Shown here one piece after another: positions 27,727 to 45,516 of a DNA stretch of 64,000 nt. Both the position numbers and the translations under genes were made by a program. The stretch's first letter is position 1, and the number at the start of each line of letters is the position of its first letter. The notes under the pieces are model-generated. The model searched no databases. It was given only the letters and a program-made list of their open reading frames with translations, and was not told the DNA's origin. Source of the DNA: Eledone cirrhosa (Eukaryota); contig OZ024740.1 in the NCBI GenBank assembly GCA_964016885.1, positions 91,016,001 to 91,080,000 on the forward strand, written 5' to 3'.

Positions 27727-28729
27727 CTAGCATTAAAGCCCGGCGTAGCTCGTGGTCCGTAAGTTACCAAAATTAGGTTACACCACCCGCTTTATGGCAG
27801 CACCTTTTTGTCTGCCAGGCACTGGGTGAATGAATAGCAGACCTGGACTGCCGAAGCGGAAGCTGCGCCACCAGTAACAATTGAAGTTTCGCCTATGGAT
27901 ATTATCTCTGTGCAAAGAAGTGTTCAAATTTATTTGTTTCACAGTATTTGAGCAACACGTGCGTAGACGATGCCAGCCGAATAACAGAGATGCGATCGAG
28001 TTGTTCCGCGTGGTTGTCTACTGTGTGTTTTCTAAATTTAAGACAGTAGGGAGTGGTGTGATATGCGGGAGAGTTAGCTACTGTTTCTAGCAGGTTTAGG
28101 GACCTCATAGAGGATATGTTTTCTACATTTACGACAGTAGGGAGGGGTGTGATATGCGGGAGAGTTAGCTGCTGTTTCTAGCAGGTTTAGTGACCTGATA
28201 GAGGATATTATTGTGTATTATAAATAAACTGATACTTCTTTCCTCCACGTGCATTGAGAGGTTTTAAAAAAGATTTATCGTTATTTTTGTTGTTGTTGAA
28301 TAAATGTATCTGTTCCTTTTGAATAATTGTTGTTTCGTATGAAATGTAATAAGTTCTCTTTGTCATTAAAGTAAATAAATGTTTGACCGTTTCACACTCA
28401 AAAAGAAACGTTCTCTCTCTGTTTCTCCCTCTCTCTTTTCCGCGTTCCTAAAGGAAGTTTGTAAGCATGTATGTAGATTTATCGGATTTTAAGGTAGTAG
28501 AGAGAGGTATCCTGATTATATTAGTGGGTTAAGCGTATTGTATTTAGCTTTATCGATTATTTCCGTATTTGTGGGTGAATTTGAATGAAATGAATAGTCG
28601 TTGACGTAAGTCTGACAATTTCCAAAACTCTTCCAGAGGTTGAGTTGAATAGGTTTGAAATTGTGCAAATGCATAAACATGGAACATGCACACACGCACA
28701 CATTACAACAGCAATCTGCCTTTTAGAGA
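27727..28729 (-). mobile_element. Non-autonomous Helitron-like element, copy 2
   Basis: Termini A|CTAG (27727) and GA|T (28729) correspond to 5'-TC...CTAG-3' on the minus strand; subterminal hairpin cccggcgtagctcgtgg. Confidence 0.7.
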
Positions 28730-28776
28730 TAATGATGATGATATATATACACACATAAGTATACACAAACACACAC

Positions 28777-28817
<41 letters not shown>

Positions 28818-29765
28818 AGTGTCTCTGAGTGTGTATGTGTGTATCTGTATGTATGTTTTATCTTGTGGTTGTACCTATGCCAACATAAGTTTTGCAACAT
28901 GCTGTGTAATACGCATTTTATGTGACTATCTGTAGTAGTTGCGATAACTCAGCTGCTACTAAGCTCTCCTCAATAATTCATTTTCTTATAATTTGTAATC
29001 TTTTCAAATTTATCTTAATTACGTCCATTAATATCTCGAAAGTAGTATTTAATTATTTTAGAATTACAGCTTTTTAATTTGCCAATTTGCAACATTGACA
29101 TATATTCTAAGGATATATGGTATAGTGTCAGGTACATGATGTGAGATAGTTAATTTTTGAAAATATTTGACAATTTACTGACGCATTTAATGCATAAAGT
29201 TTCGCATATATTAATCTTTGAAGTTTCTTGTTGACAGATATTAGACTTTGATCTCTGTACTGACTACACTAAATGAAGTTATTAGCAAATACATAATTCG
29301 AATAATTTACCTCAGATACATTATATATATGAAATTTTGTGAAATTCTTAATGAAAATATTCCGAAAATATATAATAAAAAAATAATGTTCAAATGTTGA
29401 TTACAGAAATGAAAACGTTCATATCAGAAAATAAAATTCTTGCGCAATTACTCATGTGAAGATAATCTATTTATAGAAAATGTATATATCGAAACATCAT
29501 ATGATATATTTCGTATTCCTCATAATACCAGTCAATATTGACATCATGTATTTCTAATAGGTTTTGTACATATATATAAAGTATCTGCATGAGAATTTCG
29601 AATGGCAAACATTCGATAACAAGATGAATCTTACGACATTGTAACATGGGCTGATATATCTCATTTGATAATCTCTTATCTGAACATTTCACGTGAGACA
29701 AATTTGGAAACTATATTTGAAATGAAACCTGTCAGTAACACAGACACACACACACGCGCACACAT

Positions 29766-29894
<129 letters not shown>

Positions 29895-29940
29895 TATGTA
29901 TATATAGACATATCTGTGTCTGTATACATATATATTTATA

Positions 29941-33014
<3,074 letters not shown>

Positions 33015-35136
33015 CAGAATCGGCGCGAGTAACCGATCTGGGGACCTAACAAACTGCATAATAGGCAGTATGGATGTCGTGTCCCTGTATCCATATATTG
33101 ACGTGGATTTTGCTGGGGAGAAATGCGTAGAAATGATCAGCGAGAGCAAGGTTGAGTTCCGTGGGATTGATACCAGTGAGCTGGAACTTCTACTTAAGCT
33201 TACCCATAGTAATAGTTACCTAGACACTTATGACCTTTGCAACCTGTGCCCTACAAGACCAGCAAGAGGCAGACAACCTACCATTACCTCAATGGCCAAG
33301 AAAACCCACACAGATAGATGGAACGGGTGGACCAGAGCCATACGGACACGCGAAAACCACGATGAACTGAAGAAAATGATTGCACATGCGGTAGGGGTCA
33401 GCATAAAATTAACCCTTAAGGAACATATGTTCAAATTTAATGGTAAAACATATGCCCAAGAGGAAGGAGCAGCCATTGGTGTTAGCATTGCAGGCGACAT
33501 AGCTAACTTATTCATGGTATGGTGGGACAGTAGACTTAGACAAAAACTTAAAGAACAATTAGATGACAGCTTAACCCTGATAATGTACTCCCGCTACGTA
33601 GATGATATAAACATGGTAGTTAAGACACCCCCACTAAAGAACAGTCAGGAACTAGAGAAAAACACAATGGAAAGCATCCAGTAAATAGCAAACTCCATCC
33701 ACCAGAGCATTAGAGTTACTATAGACTACCCAAGTAGACACCCCAACCTTCGATTACCTGTGCTAGACACAGAGCTCTGGTTAGATACCATTAACAACCA
33801 AAAACAAATCCTCCATTCCCATTATTCCAAACCCATGACTTCCAAACATCTGATCCACCGAAACTCGGCCATTTCGGACCATACCAAAATCAACATACTG
33901 ATTGCGGATTTGGTACGGGTGATGAGAAATGTGTCCCGCATGTGCAACCCCGAAGAACTAGAGAGACACATACAACACTTCATCCACCGTATGCAGTTCT
34001 CTGGCTACAATCAGAGAGATAGAATCAGAGTGTATAGAGGAGCCAGAACCAAATGGGAAAAAATGGTAAATAATGACATAAATGGGACCTGCCCCTTGTA
34101 TAGGAGCAAAGTTTGGAATAGAATAGAAAGAACTAGGAACAAGGCCAATAGAATAAACTCATGGTATGATAGCAATAAATACCAGAGTGTAATGTTCATC
34201 AATACAACCCCTAGACGCGAACTAGCGTACACATTTAGAAGAGCCCTAAATAAACATAAACTCAATATTAAGATAGTAGAAAGACCAGGTACCTCCGTAA
34301 AAACACTTATTAGCAAGACATACCCGTTCCAAAGACCCTCATGTATAGATAAGAAATGTATAACCTGTAAAATAAGCCCCCATATTAACTGTAAAACTAG
34401 AAATGTAGTGTATAGCATAAGATGTACTGAAGGATAATGTAGAAACAAAAATATAGTGTACATTGGTGAGACAGCTCGTAGTATAGGGCAACGAATAAAT
34501 GAACACTGGCGAGACCTTCAATATAATTAAGAATCATCTGTGCTCTACCAACATGCTAAGATATAACACAGGGGTAAATTAGAGAACATAGAAATAAAAA
34601 TAGAATCTACACACAGAAAAGATGCAATGTTTAGGCAAATTACAGAGGCAGTCAGCATAAAAGAATTACAAACAAAATTAAATAGAAAATATTAGTGGAA
34701 CAGCAACATCACAACTTACAATTAAGGACAAAATGAAAACACACACACACATAGAACAAACAACCAACCAACAATAAATAAATAAATAAATAAACAAATA
34801 GATAAATGAACACAAACACACACAGACACCCGGATGTGACGCATGCGCAAACTGAGCACACAACACACACACAGAAACAAAATGGCGTAAGACGGAAGAA
34901 AGGAAAGGCACAGAAACAAAGAAAGGAATCCCCAGTCACTGAAGAGGTCACGGAGTGTGTGACGAAAGGACTATGACTATGTATAAACAACTATCTGGTT
35001 GTGGAACCAACCAACCAACCAGAAATTTATAAGTTTGTAGATTTGTAAATTCATAAATTTATAAATATATAATAAATTGAAGTGAAAGCATCTGGTGCGT
35101 GTGTTTCTTATTGGCAACATGACCCTCCCAAAGTAT

Positions 35137-35142
<6 letters not shown>
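33015..35142 (+). mobile_element. Inverted duplicate of the same PLE (right arm), with in-frame stops
   Basis: Reverse complement of 30155-32276; ORFs 32962-33684 and 33760-34437 end at premature TAA codons. Confidence 0.92.
34933..34979 (+). ncRNA. Minimal type I hammerhead ribozyme in the PLE pLTR
   Basis: agtca-CTGAAGA-g-gtcac(ggagtgt)gtgac-GAAA-ggac-TA-tgact; stems I and II pair. Confidence 0.8.
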
Positions 35143-35165
<23 letters not shown>

Positions 35166-35169
<4 letters not shown>

Positions 35170-35350
35170 ACGAAGAAACTGTGGTAAGGAACCAGGTGGT
35201 CCATAATGCAACAGAGATACTAAATACTTAGGGTAGTAGAATGTGTCATAGGAACATTTCCAAGACCCCGAAGGCAGACCTCAAGCCGTTTCGATGGATA
35301 TTTCTGGATGTCCAGAAATAGCTGCCTCGGGGTCTTGAACATTTTCCTAT
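35166..35350 (-). mobile_element. Fold-back half-hammerhead mini element, copy B
   Basis: Reverse-oriented homologue of 13847-14044, with one arm internally deleted. Confidence 0.75.
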
Positions 35351-35508
35351 GTATATATATATTAAATTGTTAAACAATATTCAATAATTATGTCAAAGAA
35401 TGAGTTTTACTGTAGATTGGAAGCACTCAACGAGAAAAATAATTTTCTGGAGTGATTAATATTAAAATATAAATATTAACAAAATAGATGTTCTTTTAAT
35501 CAATTACA

Positions 35509-35560
35509 TTTTATTATACATATTTCGGATGTACAACAGTACGTCCTCATCAGCCAAATA
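35509..35560 (-). ncRNA. Hammerhead ribozyme motif (stem I weak)
   Basis: CTGATGA-ggacgtac(tgtt)gtacatcc-GAAA-tatg-TA. Confidence 0.65.
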
Positions 35561-36311
35561 TAATGATACATGACATACCCTGAGATGTTAAATGGTTAAG
35601 ATTTAATCAAGGTAATGATTAACCCGATAGAATATTTTGCTTCTATGAAAGTGCTTACGTGAAAGTGCAAAAACATAATAAATTCATTAGAGAATGTGTG
35701 AGTAAGAAAAAACGTTGCAAACTGTAAGTGTTCTAAACATTTTTTAAATAGATGATACTACAATATATCTAGGAAAACGTCTCATGAATCATAACAGCCA
35801 GTGATAGCGACTGTAAACAAGATTTATAAGGAGGGAAAAATAAAGTATGGGGGATTTTTTTGAAAGTTAGATTTGAAAATATTTAATTTATAATATTAAG
35901 GTGAAGACTCCAGATTTCAGGATTATTTGCTAGTTATTTATATATTATTTATATAAATTCGATAAGTGTGTTATCATTTTTAAATTTCTGAATTGTGAGA
36001 ATAACATTTAAAGGATTTAGGTGGCACATAAATAATGAAATATTATACTGTTGATTATTTACCTAAATCTAAATTTAACAAATATACCAACATATTAGGT
36101 ATGTAAAGTTTTTGAAGTACTTATTGTTATAAATATTTAAATAACTATTATGTATATTGGTATATATTATTGAGCCAGTATATTTAATGTAAATAATACC
36201 GACGAAGATAAAGATAAAATAATATGTTAAGGATAAATATATACATATGTATAACTGGGTGTAAATGTATTAATATTCTTCAACCAATATATCAACATAT
36301 TATTAAATATA

Positions 36312-36505
36312 GGGCGGTGGATTGGCAGTATCGATAGATGGTCGGATGCCATGCTTTGACGCATGGAGTTACGGCCCTTGCCATTCTGAGTTCAAATCCA
36401 GCCGGGGTTAACTTTGCCTTTCATCCTTACGGGGTCGATAAAATAAAGTACCAGTCATGCACGGGATAATTGCTGGCCTTGTGCCAAACGTAGAACCAAT
36501 TATTA
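36312..36505 (+). mobile_element. tRNA-derived SINE (OK-type) nested in the PLE 3' UTR
   Basis: Aligns end to end with 26258-26452. Confidence 0.8.
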
Positions 36506-37958
36506 GGTATAGGGATTCATATATGTAGATATATATTAGTTATTATTAGTGTAGTATACTTTAAGTAAATGATAACAGTTATACTTTTATCAACGTGTTA
36601 CATTTAAATATATATATATATACATATAAGAAAAACAGAGTTCAAAATAATGTCTATAATGATTTTTAGTTTCGATATTATCTCTATATTTGAATAATAT
36701 ATATAGAAATGGGGTAGGTATATATAAAAATATTTAAAAATATATAAAATATAATATATAACTACATATATATTATAATGCATTATATTATAAATGAATA
36801 AATAATAGATCAAAAGTACAGCGAAAAATTCATATTTATATATAAGTTTGAATCCGTTTCAAAATTCAGATTTTATAGTGCAGTAAGTATATTTAAAAGA
36901 AATATATGCTATATTATACTGTAAATAGTACATCAAAAACTCATAAAACATTTGGAGTTATAGATGAGTTTCATACACCTTTTTGGATTGGGTGTTAAAA
37001 ATTTAATTAAAAAGAGATCACAAATGTATTAAAAATTCACAGTTAAATAAATTCGATAAATATGTAAGGATTAGGTATTGTACGAGATTATTGATATAGA
37101 TAATGTGTTAAATAAATGATGCTGTTGAACAGAGTTAACAAATAATGTTGTGGTAATCAATGTTTAGGCATGCTAATTGAAATATATTCATTCATTCTAA
37201 CATTGTTTTTTTTCTATAGATAGTTATAACATAAAGCAATATTAAAGGCAATTGATGTTTTTTACTGTTGATTATATATTCCTGATAACCGAGTTGTTAT
37301 TGGTTCTTTCTTTCTCGTTTTATGTGAGGCTAAAGAAGTGGACGTAGCTTTATGGAGGCAATTAGAGAATAATTCACTTTTTTTGTTAATTAGAGTCTCA
37401 TAATTATTAATAATCAACAGGGTCTCCATTGTACAGAGCGAGCAGCTATTTGATGAAATTTAGGTAAATAATCAACAGTATAATATTTCATTCTTTATGT
37501 GCCACCTAAATCCTTTAAATGTTATTCTCACAATTCAGAAGTTTAAAAATGATAACATACATATCGAATTCATATAAATAATATATAAATAACTAGCAAA
37601 TAATCCTGAAATCTGGAGTCTTCACCTTAATATTATAAATTAAATATTTTCAAATCTAACCGTTTAACGTTCCCCCACACTTTATGTTTCCCTCATAAAT
37701 CTTTTTCCAGTGGCTATCACTGGCTGTTATGATTGATGAGACGTTTCCCTAGATATATTATAGTATCGTATATTTTAAAAACTTTTAGAACACTTACAGT
37801 ATGCAACGTTTTTTCTTACTCACACACTCTCTAATGAATGTAATATGTTTTCGCACTTTCACAGAAATAGGACATAAGCAAAATCTTCTATCGGGTTAAT
37901 CACTACCTTGATTAAATCTTAACCATTTAACATCTCTGGCTATGTTATGTATCATCAT

Positions 37959-38010
37959 ATTTAGTCTGATGAGGACGTACTGTTGTACATCCGAAATATG
38001 TATAATAAAA
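37959..38010 (+). ncRNA. Hammerhead ribozyme motif (stem I weak)
   Basis: CTGATGA 37966-72, stem II ggacgtac/gtacatcc, GAAA 37993-96, TA 38001-02. Confidence 0.65.
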
Positions 38011-38050
38011 TGTAATTCATCAAAAGAACATCTATTTATTAATATTTATA

Positions 38051-38096
<46 letters not shown>

Positions 38097-38252
38097 TTAT
38101 GCTGATGAGAATAGGTACAAATATGCGATAATGAATGTGTCTAAAAACGTCCATAAGTATGTATATATATGTGAAAATGTATATAAATAAGTAAATATAT
38201 ATATATGTTTGATGTGTATAGTTAGATGTAAGTGTATTCATGTATTAAAGTG

Positions 38253-38305
<53 letters not shown>

Positions 38306-39022
38306 GTATGTATATGTGTGTATATGGATGTGTATGTATGTGTATGTGTGTACACATGGACTAGAGTATGTATGTATATATGTGTGTGTCTATACGTGTG
38401 TATATAAAGATAAGTTGAGTATAAAAATGTATACACATGAGCGCGTATGTATGTACATGAATACATGTGTGTATATATATGTGTATGCATGTGTATATAT
38501 ATGTAAGTATGAATATGTGAATTGTGAGTATATGTATTTTGTAGAGGTGTGCAAATATATTTGTTTGTGAATGCGTGGGTGAAAGGATACGTACACTTGA
38601 AAGAAAAATTTAAGTCTGAATGTTAATTAAGTGCAATCACAAAACCAACAACGCATATCTTTACTATCTCTAATTCTTCTATAGATTTAGAAAAATAACC
38701 AATAATATATTCTATATAAAAAATGTCAAAACAACAGATGGGAATCTAATTACTCACTGCCACCAAGAATTCTCACTGCTATCGAAAAACCACTCGTTCA
38801 GCTATTCTTCTAACAACTTCACCCCTCCCTCCTAATATTCTCTATAAAAACTAAATAGGTGCTCAGTAATATTATTCTGATGAAATGACAGTAAATAATA
38901 ACATTGAAATATTGAATGTCTGCATAACTAAAAGTTTGTAGATAGCAGCTGTTTTAGGTTATGTAACTGTTATAGAAACACGTGTCAATAAGTTCCTTTC
39001 AACTAAACTGTATCCATTCAAA

Positions 39023-39121
<99 letters not shown>

Positions 39122-39667
39122 ACATATATATGTCATAGTAGTACACTGGAGGGTTATATATCCGTTGTAGTAGAGCACTCAGTCCATGGGACGAGTTAGG
39201 TTGAACTTACACAACAGCTAGTTGTATTTCTTTTTTTTTGTTCTCGGTATGGTGAACTAACTGTTGAATTCCAAGCCTCGTTGAGAAATCCAAGATCGGG
39301 TATTTCCGCAAAAAAGGAACGAAACTCCCGGTAGTCGAGGCTAGAGGAATTGTGGTAAAGTTTATATGCATCTTTTCTTCTAACTTCTATTTTATACCTA
39401 AGGCCATGTAGTTGATTATTTTTCTAGTCCATTTCTTCGGGCTAAAAGAAATAAGTAGGTACATTTTATCTGTCTGTCCATCGCAGAATATGGTCTGTAT
39501 CATTTGTCTATTATTTCTTCATAGTTACATTTTAAACTTATAGCCTCGTTTAAATGATTGTTTATGTGGTTCATTTATTCACACTGGGGAGAAGAAATAA
39601 TGTATATATTTCTAAGTAATATTTCTTCAGACTTGCAATTTTATCTCGCCGCCCCTCACTCTCTCTC

Positions 39668-39715
<48 letters not shown>

Positions 39716-39730
39716 CATATACATATATAT

Positions 39731-39825
<95 letters not shown>

Positions 39826-40004
39826 CATACATATATATATATATATAAATATATATATAGTTTTAATATAGAGATTTCTGATGATTTCTAAAGAATGAAA
39901 CAGTTCCAGTCCTGTAGAATCTCATTTATATTAAAACTTTTATACTCTGCATTGTACTGAGTACCTTACTTACTGTGGTTACCTCCGACTTAACCCGGAA
40001 TAAC

Positions 40005-40091
<87 letters not shown>

Positions 40092-40140
40092 CATACATAT
40101 ATATGTATATATATATTCCCCATTCATGACATCGCCTATC

Positions 40141-40192
<52 letters not shown>

Positions 40193-40194
40193 TA

Positions 40195-40262
<68 letters not shown>

Positions 40263-40289
40263 CATATATATATACATATATAATATGAT

Positions 40290-40462
40290 TTTTTCTACAG
40301 TTTGCACAAAACCAGCAAATTACCCAGTGCATTACTGCTACTTTATTTTATGAAACCCGTAAGGATGACAGGCAGAGGTAACCTCGGCGGGTTTGAACTC
40401 AGAACGTAAAGGGACGTAACTATGCTGGTAAGAATGTCCGACCCTCTACCGATACTGCCAAT
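40290..40462 (-). mobile_element. tRNA-derived SINE (OK-type)
   Basis: Reverse complement contains ttggcagtatcggtagag, ctgagttcaaacccgccgaggttacc. Confidence 0.75.
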
Positions 40463-40467
40463 ATATA

Positions 40468-41013
40468 AAACAAAATATCAGTGATGCATCTGAACTCAAT
40501 TTATTGTGTGTTACAATAGTTCCGTCGGCGGACCGCTAGTGACGCGATCATTGTGTGGATCTGTCTGATTCTGGACCCGCAGGTTCGACGGACACGTCTA
40601 AATATTTCGGAGCATATTCTTCCACTGGGGTATCTGACCTTGTGGGCCAGTACTGTCAAACACTTCATCCTATTCGCGCGTCCACTGATTGGCCGCTGTT
40701 TGTCTATGTCATCATAAATACTGACTACAGGTATTATTTCGCTGTCGCATGTCTGCTACGCTTCAATGAATTACTGCTGTGTTTGGTAGTCCACACATCC
40801 ACCCGCGCACTCACACCCACACACACACACACATCCACATAGATACCGACAGTCGTGCGCATAGGGTCCCGCTATACCCACACATGAAGTAGATAATATA
40901 AACATATAAACATTTGCATACATTCATCCGGAGAGGAACGTATATACATAGACACAAATGCCTTACACCAATTGGGCGCACCCTTTCTTGTATAGAACAC
41001 TGTGTATCTCTAT
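40468..41013 (-). repeat. Unclassified GC-richer repeat, copy 1
   Basis: Reverse complement of ~46300-46815. Confidence 0.75.
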
Positions 41014-41021
41014 GTGCCGTT

Positions 41022-44000
41022 CAGTGGCGTAACTAGGGATTTGGGGCCCGGGGGCAAGCTCGAACTTTGCTCCCAACCCCCAGTAATTTAAGTTACACGA
41101 AAAAACATGAATATATGATCTAAAATTACTTTTATAAAATTAATATGGAAAAATAGAGTAAAAATATATTTACAAAGAGATTTTTCCTAGCTTTAGCTGA
41201 TGCAAATTGATCGACTATTTCCTCAAAATCTGTTACTTCGCATTCTATGCTTAGGATGGCAAGACCACGCAGACGGCTTTGAGACATTGATGTCCGCAAA
41301 TATGATAAGATGAGGTTGAGCTTGCTGAAGGATCTCTCACAGCTTGCGACGGAAACGGCCATTGTTCGCATTAACTGTAGACCGATGCGCAAATTCGGAT
41401 ACACTTTTGTCTCCGTACTGAACAATAACATTCAGGAGTTGTTCTGGTATTGAGACTGAAACATTTGCGCGGGTTGACAACAACGCCCGACAGGCAACGA
41501 TTTCTTCAAAAAGTTCCTTGCCGTCAATGTCTGCATTGTTGTGATCAGCTAACAAAGAGCATTTTGATAGAAGCGCGAGGTCGTCTGGAAAAGGTGAATA
41601 GCACAGAGAGTGGACATCGAGGAAGAAGCCAAACCTCGCGTCAATATCGCTGAGAAGGGCGAATGGTAGCTGCATTTCTGGTTGAATTCGAAGGAGAAGA
41701 GTTTGCATGACTGGTTTTACTTCACTGGCTGGTGATAGTAATTCATCTTCCGCGACTTAACTCAATAGCTTTATTAAGTGCTTGCTGCGCAATAGTACTT
41801 CCATTAACCGCGAAATATTGCTGGAGGGCCTTTTTGTCTTCAACGGAATCCCAGAAGTTCATTGTTGGATCTTGAAGGCGTTTCTGAACCCGATCGATTC
41901 GAGCCAGAATCCTATTCCAAAATACAAGCAACACGAAGAAGTGGAAGACAAGCATTTGGCTAAAAAGATGTTCTGCATCACATCGTGTGTCGGATATCTC
42001 CTCATCATCTACCAACTTTTGCAGAAGCTCAAGGTTTTCATTCAGAAAGTTTGCAAGATGCTTTACAGCATATGCTCTTGCGCTCCACCATGTGTCCGAT
42101 GGAGATTTCAGAACAAAACGGATTGCTTGCTTTAACTTTTCCTAACGCGAAAAGAACGCAAAAGATGACTCCATGACGTTGAAAAATGACATAACTTTGA
42201 AGCTACTCTTCGCTGCGGTCAAACCAACGAAATTAAGTGAATGGTTGTCACATTTAACATATATCGCCTTTTCGTTCAAATTCCGTTCAAATTTGTTATG
42301 CGTTGTTGAAACCCACTGGTGTGTCCGGCAATTCCCGCAGCCTTGTCGTAACATTGCGCCTTGCAATCACTCAGCGCATGGCCATCATCTGTACATTCTT
42401 TCAAAATAAGTTCTACCATACTGGTTGCATCATTCTCTTCCAGTAGGGTGAACCCTAGAAAGGACTCTCGGATGCGAACGGTCCTTTTGTCGAAATCAAC
42501 ATCGACATACCTCACCACTCGTGACAACTGGTCTCGATGAGCTTGAGCAGGAGATGAGTCCACCATCAGCGCATAATGACGGGCATTATTTACGCGTCAA
42601 AGAACATTCTTCTTGACGTTGAGAGCATGTAGATGTATGAATTCATTTCGGATTGTGGGGGAGAGGTACGACGTGGAACCTCGATGAGTTTCCGCATTAC
42701 TTAGAAACTCCTTTGTCACAGGATCTTATGACAGCAACTTATAAACCGATGAAGTTCCCAGCATTGGTCGTTTCGTTTTGCTGGAGCGATTCGCGATGAC
42801 CCCTTAATGCAAGATTATGTGACGCAACAAACTTGATGCATTGTAGAAGTCCAGAGAGGATATCGCGCCAACTTTGCTTCTCGGTTGTTATTAGTGATTA
42901 AAACTGTGCATCGATAATTCCTTGCTCTTTTGCCAAACTGCGTTTCATCTCTTTCCACTGTGTGAAACAGCGCAGATGATGAAGACTGTTCTCATGCAAA
43001 TCCATTTTCTCTGGCTTCATCCAGTTGCTGAACACTTTTTCTTGTTCAAGTGCAGAATTGAAACTCGAACCGGAGAAAAGAAGGCAGCAAAAGCAGAATG
43101 CCGACTGTTTGTATGGGGAGTACAGAACCCGCGATCGCGTGATTTCTTCGCCCTGGCCGTGCACAAATTGCGGCCAAACCAACTTCTTGTCATCGAGCGA
43201 TTACTACTTTGTGCAAATGGACCATCAGTATTCTGGAAGTACTTCCAACCAAGTTGCACTAACTGCACTCTTAATGAATCAGGTACAAGTGGTTTTCTGA
43301 TTACTGTGTCAAACTGAAGAAGTCTAATGTACTGTTGAATGACGTCAGGAATTACGGGTTCAGATTCATCTGATTTACAGGGCGCGGGTTTTAAGACAAT
43401 GCTGCGACTCATTGATGCCTTCTGAGGAAGATGAACATGATGAAGCCTCGCAGCTTGGACGCTCATCAGCATGAGTAGGAAGAGAGGAACAGGACGTAAT
43501 AGGTTGAGTAAAAAAGGACAGGATAACTTGGCTAGATTTCATGGCTTTTTCTTTCTGCAACTTCCGCCTTCTCCGTCCTTCGGCTCCACTTCCTTCATTG
43601 ATGACAGTCCGCTTCATGATTATACAAAACTCCTACAAAACAATAAATGAATGCATTTTCAGAACGACAGTTTTAACTACAAAAGAACTATGCTAGTATC
43701 TTAATGAAGAGATTGGTTATAGTGATCACAAGGCACTATTGTTGCAGTAAGATAAACAAACTGTTATATTCTGGTAGGAAGATTGTTTAAGACTTTGGTA
43801 TTTACTTATTGCATAAGTAAATACCAAAGTCTGCATGATTTATGTAATGCATTCATGAATTGTTCAGTTAAATCAAGACCGTTAATTCAAGGAACAAAGC
43901 GATTCCATATTTGTTCTTGGTTTCCAAAAAAAGAGTTCATTTTGAGAATAAATCAGCAGTTAGTCATATTTTGTGGGTTTGGACTACACGTATGAAGAAA

Positions 44001-45191
44001 TTCTTTAGAAAAGCTAAGTTATAGAGCACAAACAATTGATGGGCTAATGTATTGAGCAACGGAAAACATAAGTTTTTATTCATGCACAGTAAAAAAGAAA
44101 ATAATTCACTCAATTCAAAAGGAACTTACGGAGTAAGAGCGCACAACCGCACAGTGAAAAACTGTTCTTGCAAGGGACTTACAACCACATTTGGTAGGAG
44201 GTTCATTGAGCTTATTTATTCCTGTTCATTCATGCTGTACTTACAGCCAATACTTCACACCTGACCTCAAAGCGCCCCCTGCTATGCAAACAAAACGTAT
44301 AGGCACGCCTAGTGCACGCACACACGTGCACACGTGCAGGCATGTACAGTCTACTGAACACACACATGTAACGAATAATCCAATTGTAACGGAGGTGAAT
44401 AGATGGTATGATGGTTCAATGTAAAGAATAATACCAGGATTGTGTTGTTACAATGTTTATTTTCTTATAACAATATTCAAATTGATGATTGAATAATAAC
44501 ATCAATAACATGAAATATTCGTACAATAAGTAGGTGGCTCGTCGAGCTACCTATTTATTGTAAATCACAGAATACTATATAATATAATTCGTATTGTATC
44601 TCAAAGATACAAAATGACAAACAGAAATCGTGCGTGTAAAATGAAAACAATGTGAACTTACTATGTGGGCAGACTGTTTTTTCCGTGACGAGAGCATGTA
44701 AATGCGACCTGTCTTGTCTGTAGTCTCACTTTTTCTACCGCTCGTAAACAACCCTTTTATTTATAAGGGCTGAAGTTGGAAGGATAGATATATCATCTGA
44801 CCTTTGGTTAGCATCTCCCAAGGGGTTGGTCTGCCGGGCGTAAACAACCCTTGTATTTATAACGGTTGAATTTAGAAGGGTGGATATATGGGACCTCTTT
44901 TCTGCCAGGCGGAAACAACATGTGACCTGTGTTTAGCATCTCCCAAGGTGTTGGCCTGACGGGCGTAAACAACTAACCACGGCTTGTCCCAGAGGCGTGA
45001 AAGCTCAGATTCGGTTTCGAAACTTCGCCGCCGTTATAGACACGTCACGCGCGAAAATGCGGGTATATTGTTTTCAAAGTTTGCAGCAACCAATCTTGCT
45101 TCAATGTTTAAGTGAACAATCTTGGTCAATTTTGAGCCCCCCTCAAAACGGCAACCGGGAGCACGTGCCCCCATTCAAAGTTACGCCGCTG
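41022..45191 (-). mobile_element. Full-length hAT DNA transposon
   Basis: TIRs cagtggcgtaact / agttacgccgctg; 8-bp TSD gtgccgtt at 41014-41021 and 45192-45199; subterminal cgtaaacaac repeats at 44740-44975. Confidence 0.95.
41132..43617 (-). pseudogene. hAT transposase (ZMYM1-like: TTF zinc finger, catalytic domain, dimerisation domain), frameshifted
   Basis: AFCFCCLLF, YLSPTIRNE, MVDSSP, CDNHSLN, TWWSA (RW motif variant), SVASCERSFSKLNLILSYLRTSMSQSRL. Confidence 0.9.
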
Positions 45192-45426
45192 GTGCCGTTA
45201 TATGTATATGTTTAATATTTTTAATATAGTTAATATTTTTAATATTTTGATATATTTAATATTTAATTTTTTTTTTATATATATGTATCTGCGTACATGT
45301 ATGTATATATATATATATATATGCGTATGTACGTATTTTTTTATATGTGTACATGTTTACAACAAGATGCATCCTTTCATGTATGACCCATTGTGTATCT
45401 TTATATGACTTTGTGTCTATATTCTG

Positions 45427-45516
<90 letters not shown>

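Larger units (their letters stand above)
35458..38058 (-). mobile_element. 5'-truncated PLE with a ~610-bp inverted pLTR
   Basis: Arms 35458-36068/37458-38058; minus-strand SCSLCTMETLLII..LINKKSELFSNCLH at 37325-37455 (GIY-YIG C-terminus); an HHR in each arm. Confidence 0.8.

Noticed and set aside
29630-29740. Possible exon with acceptor and donor signals on the minus strand
   Set aside because: Stop codons in all three frames.
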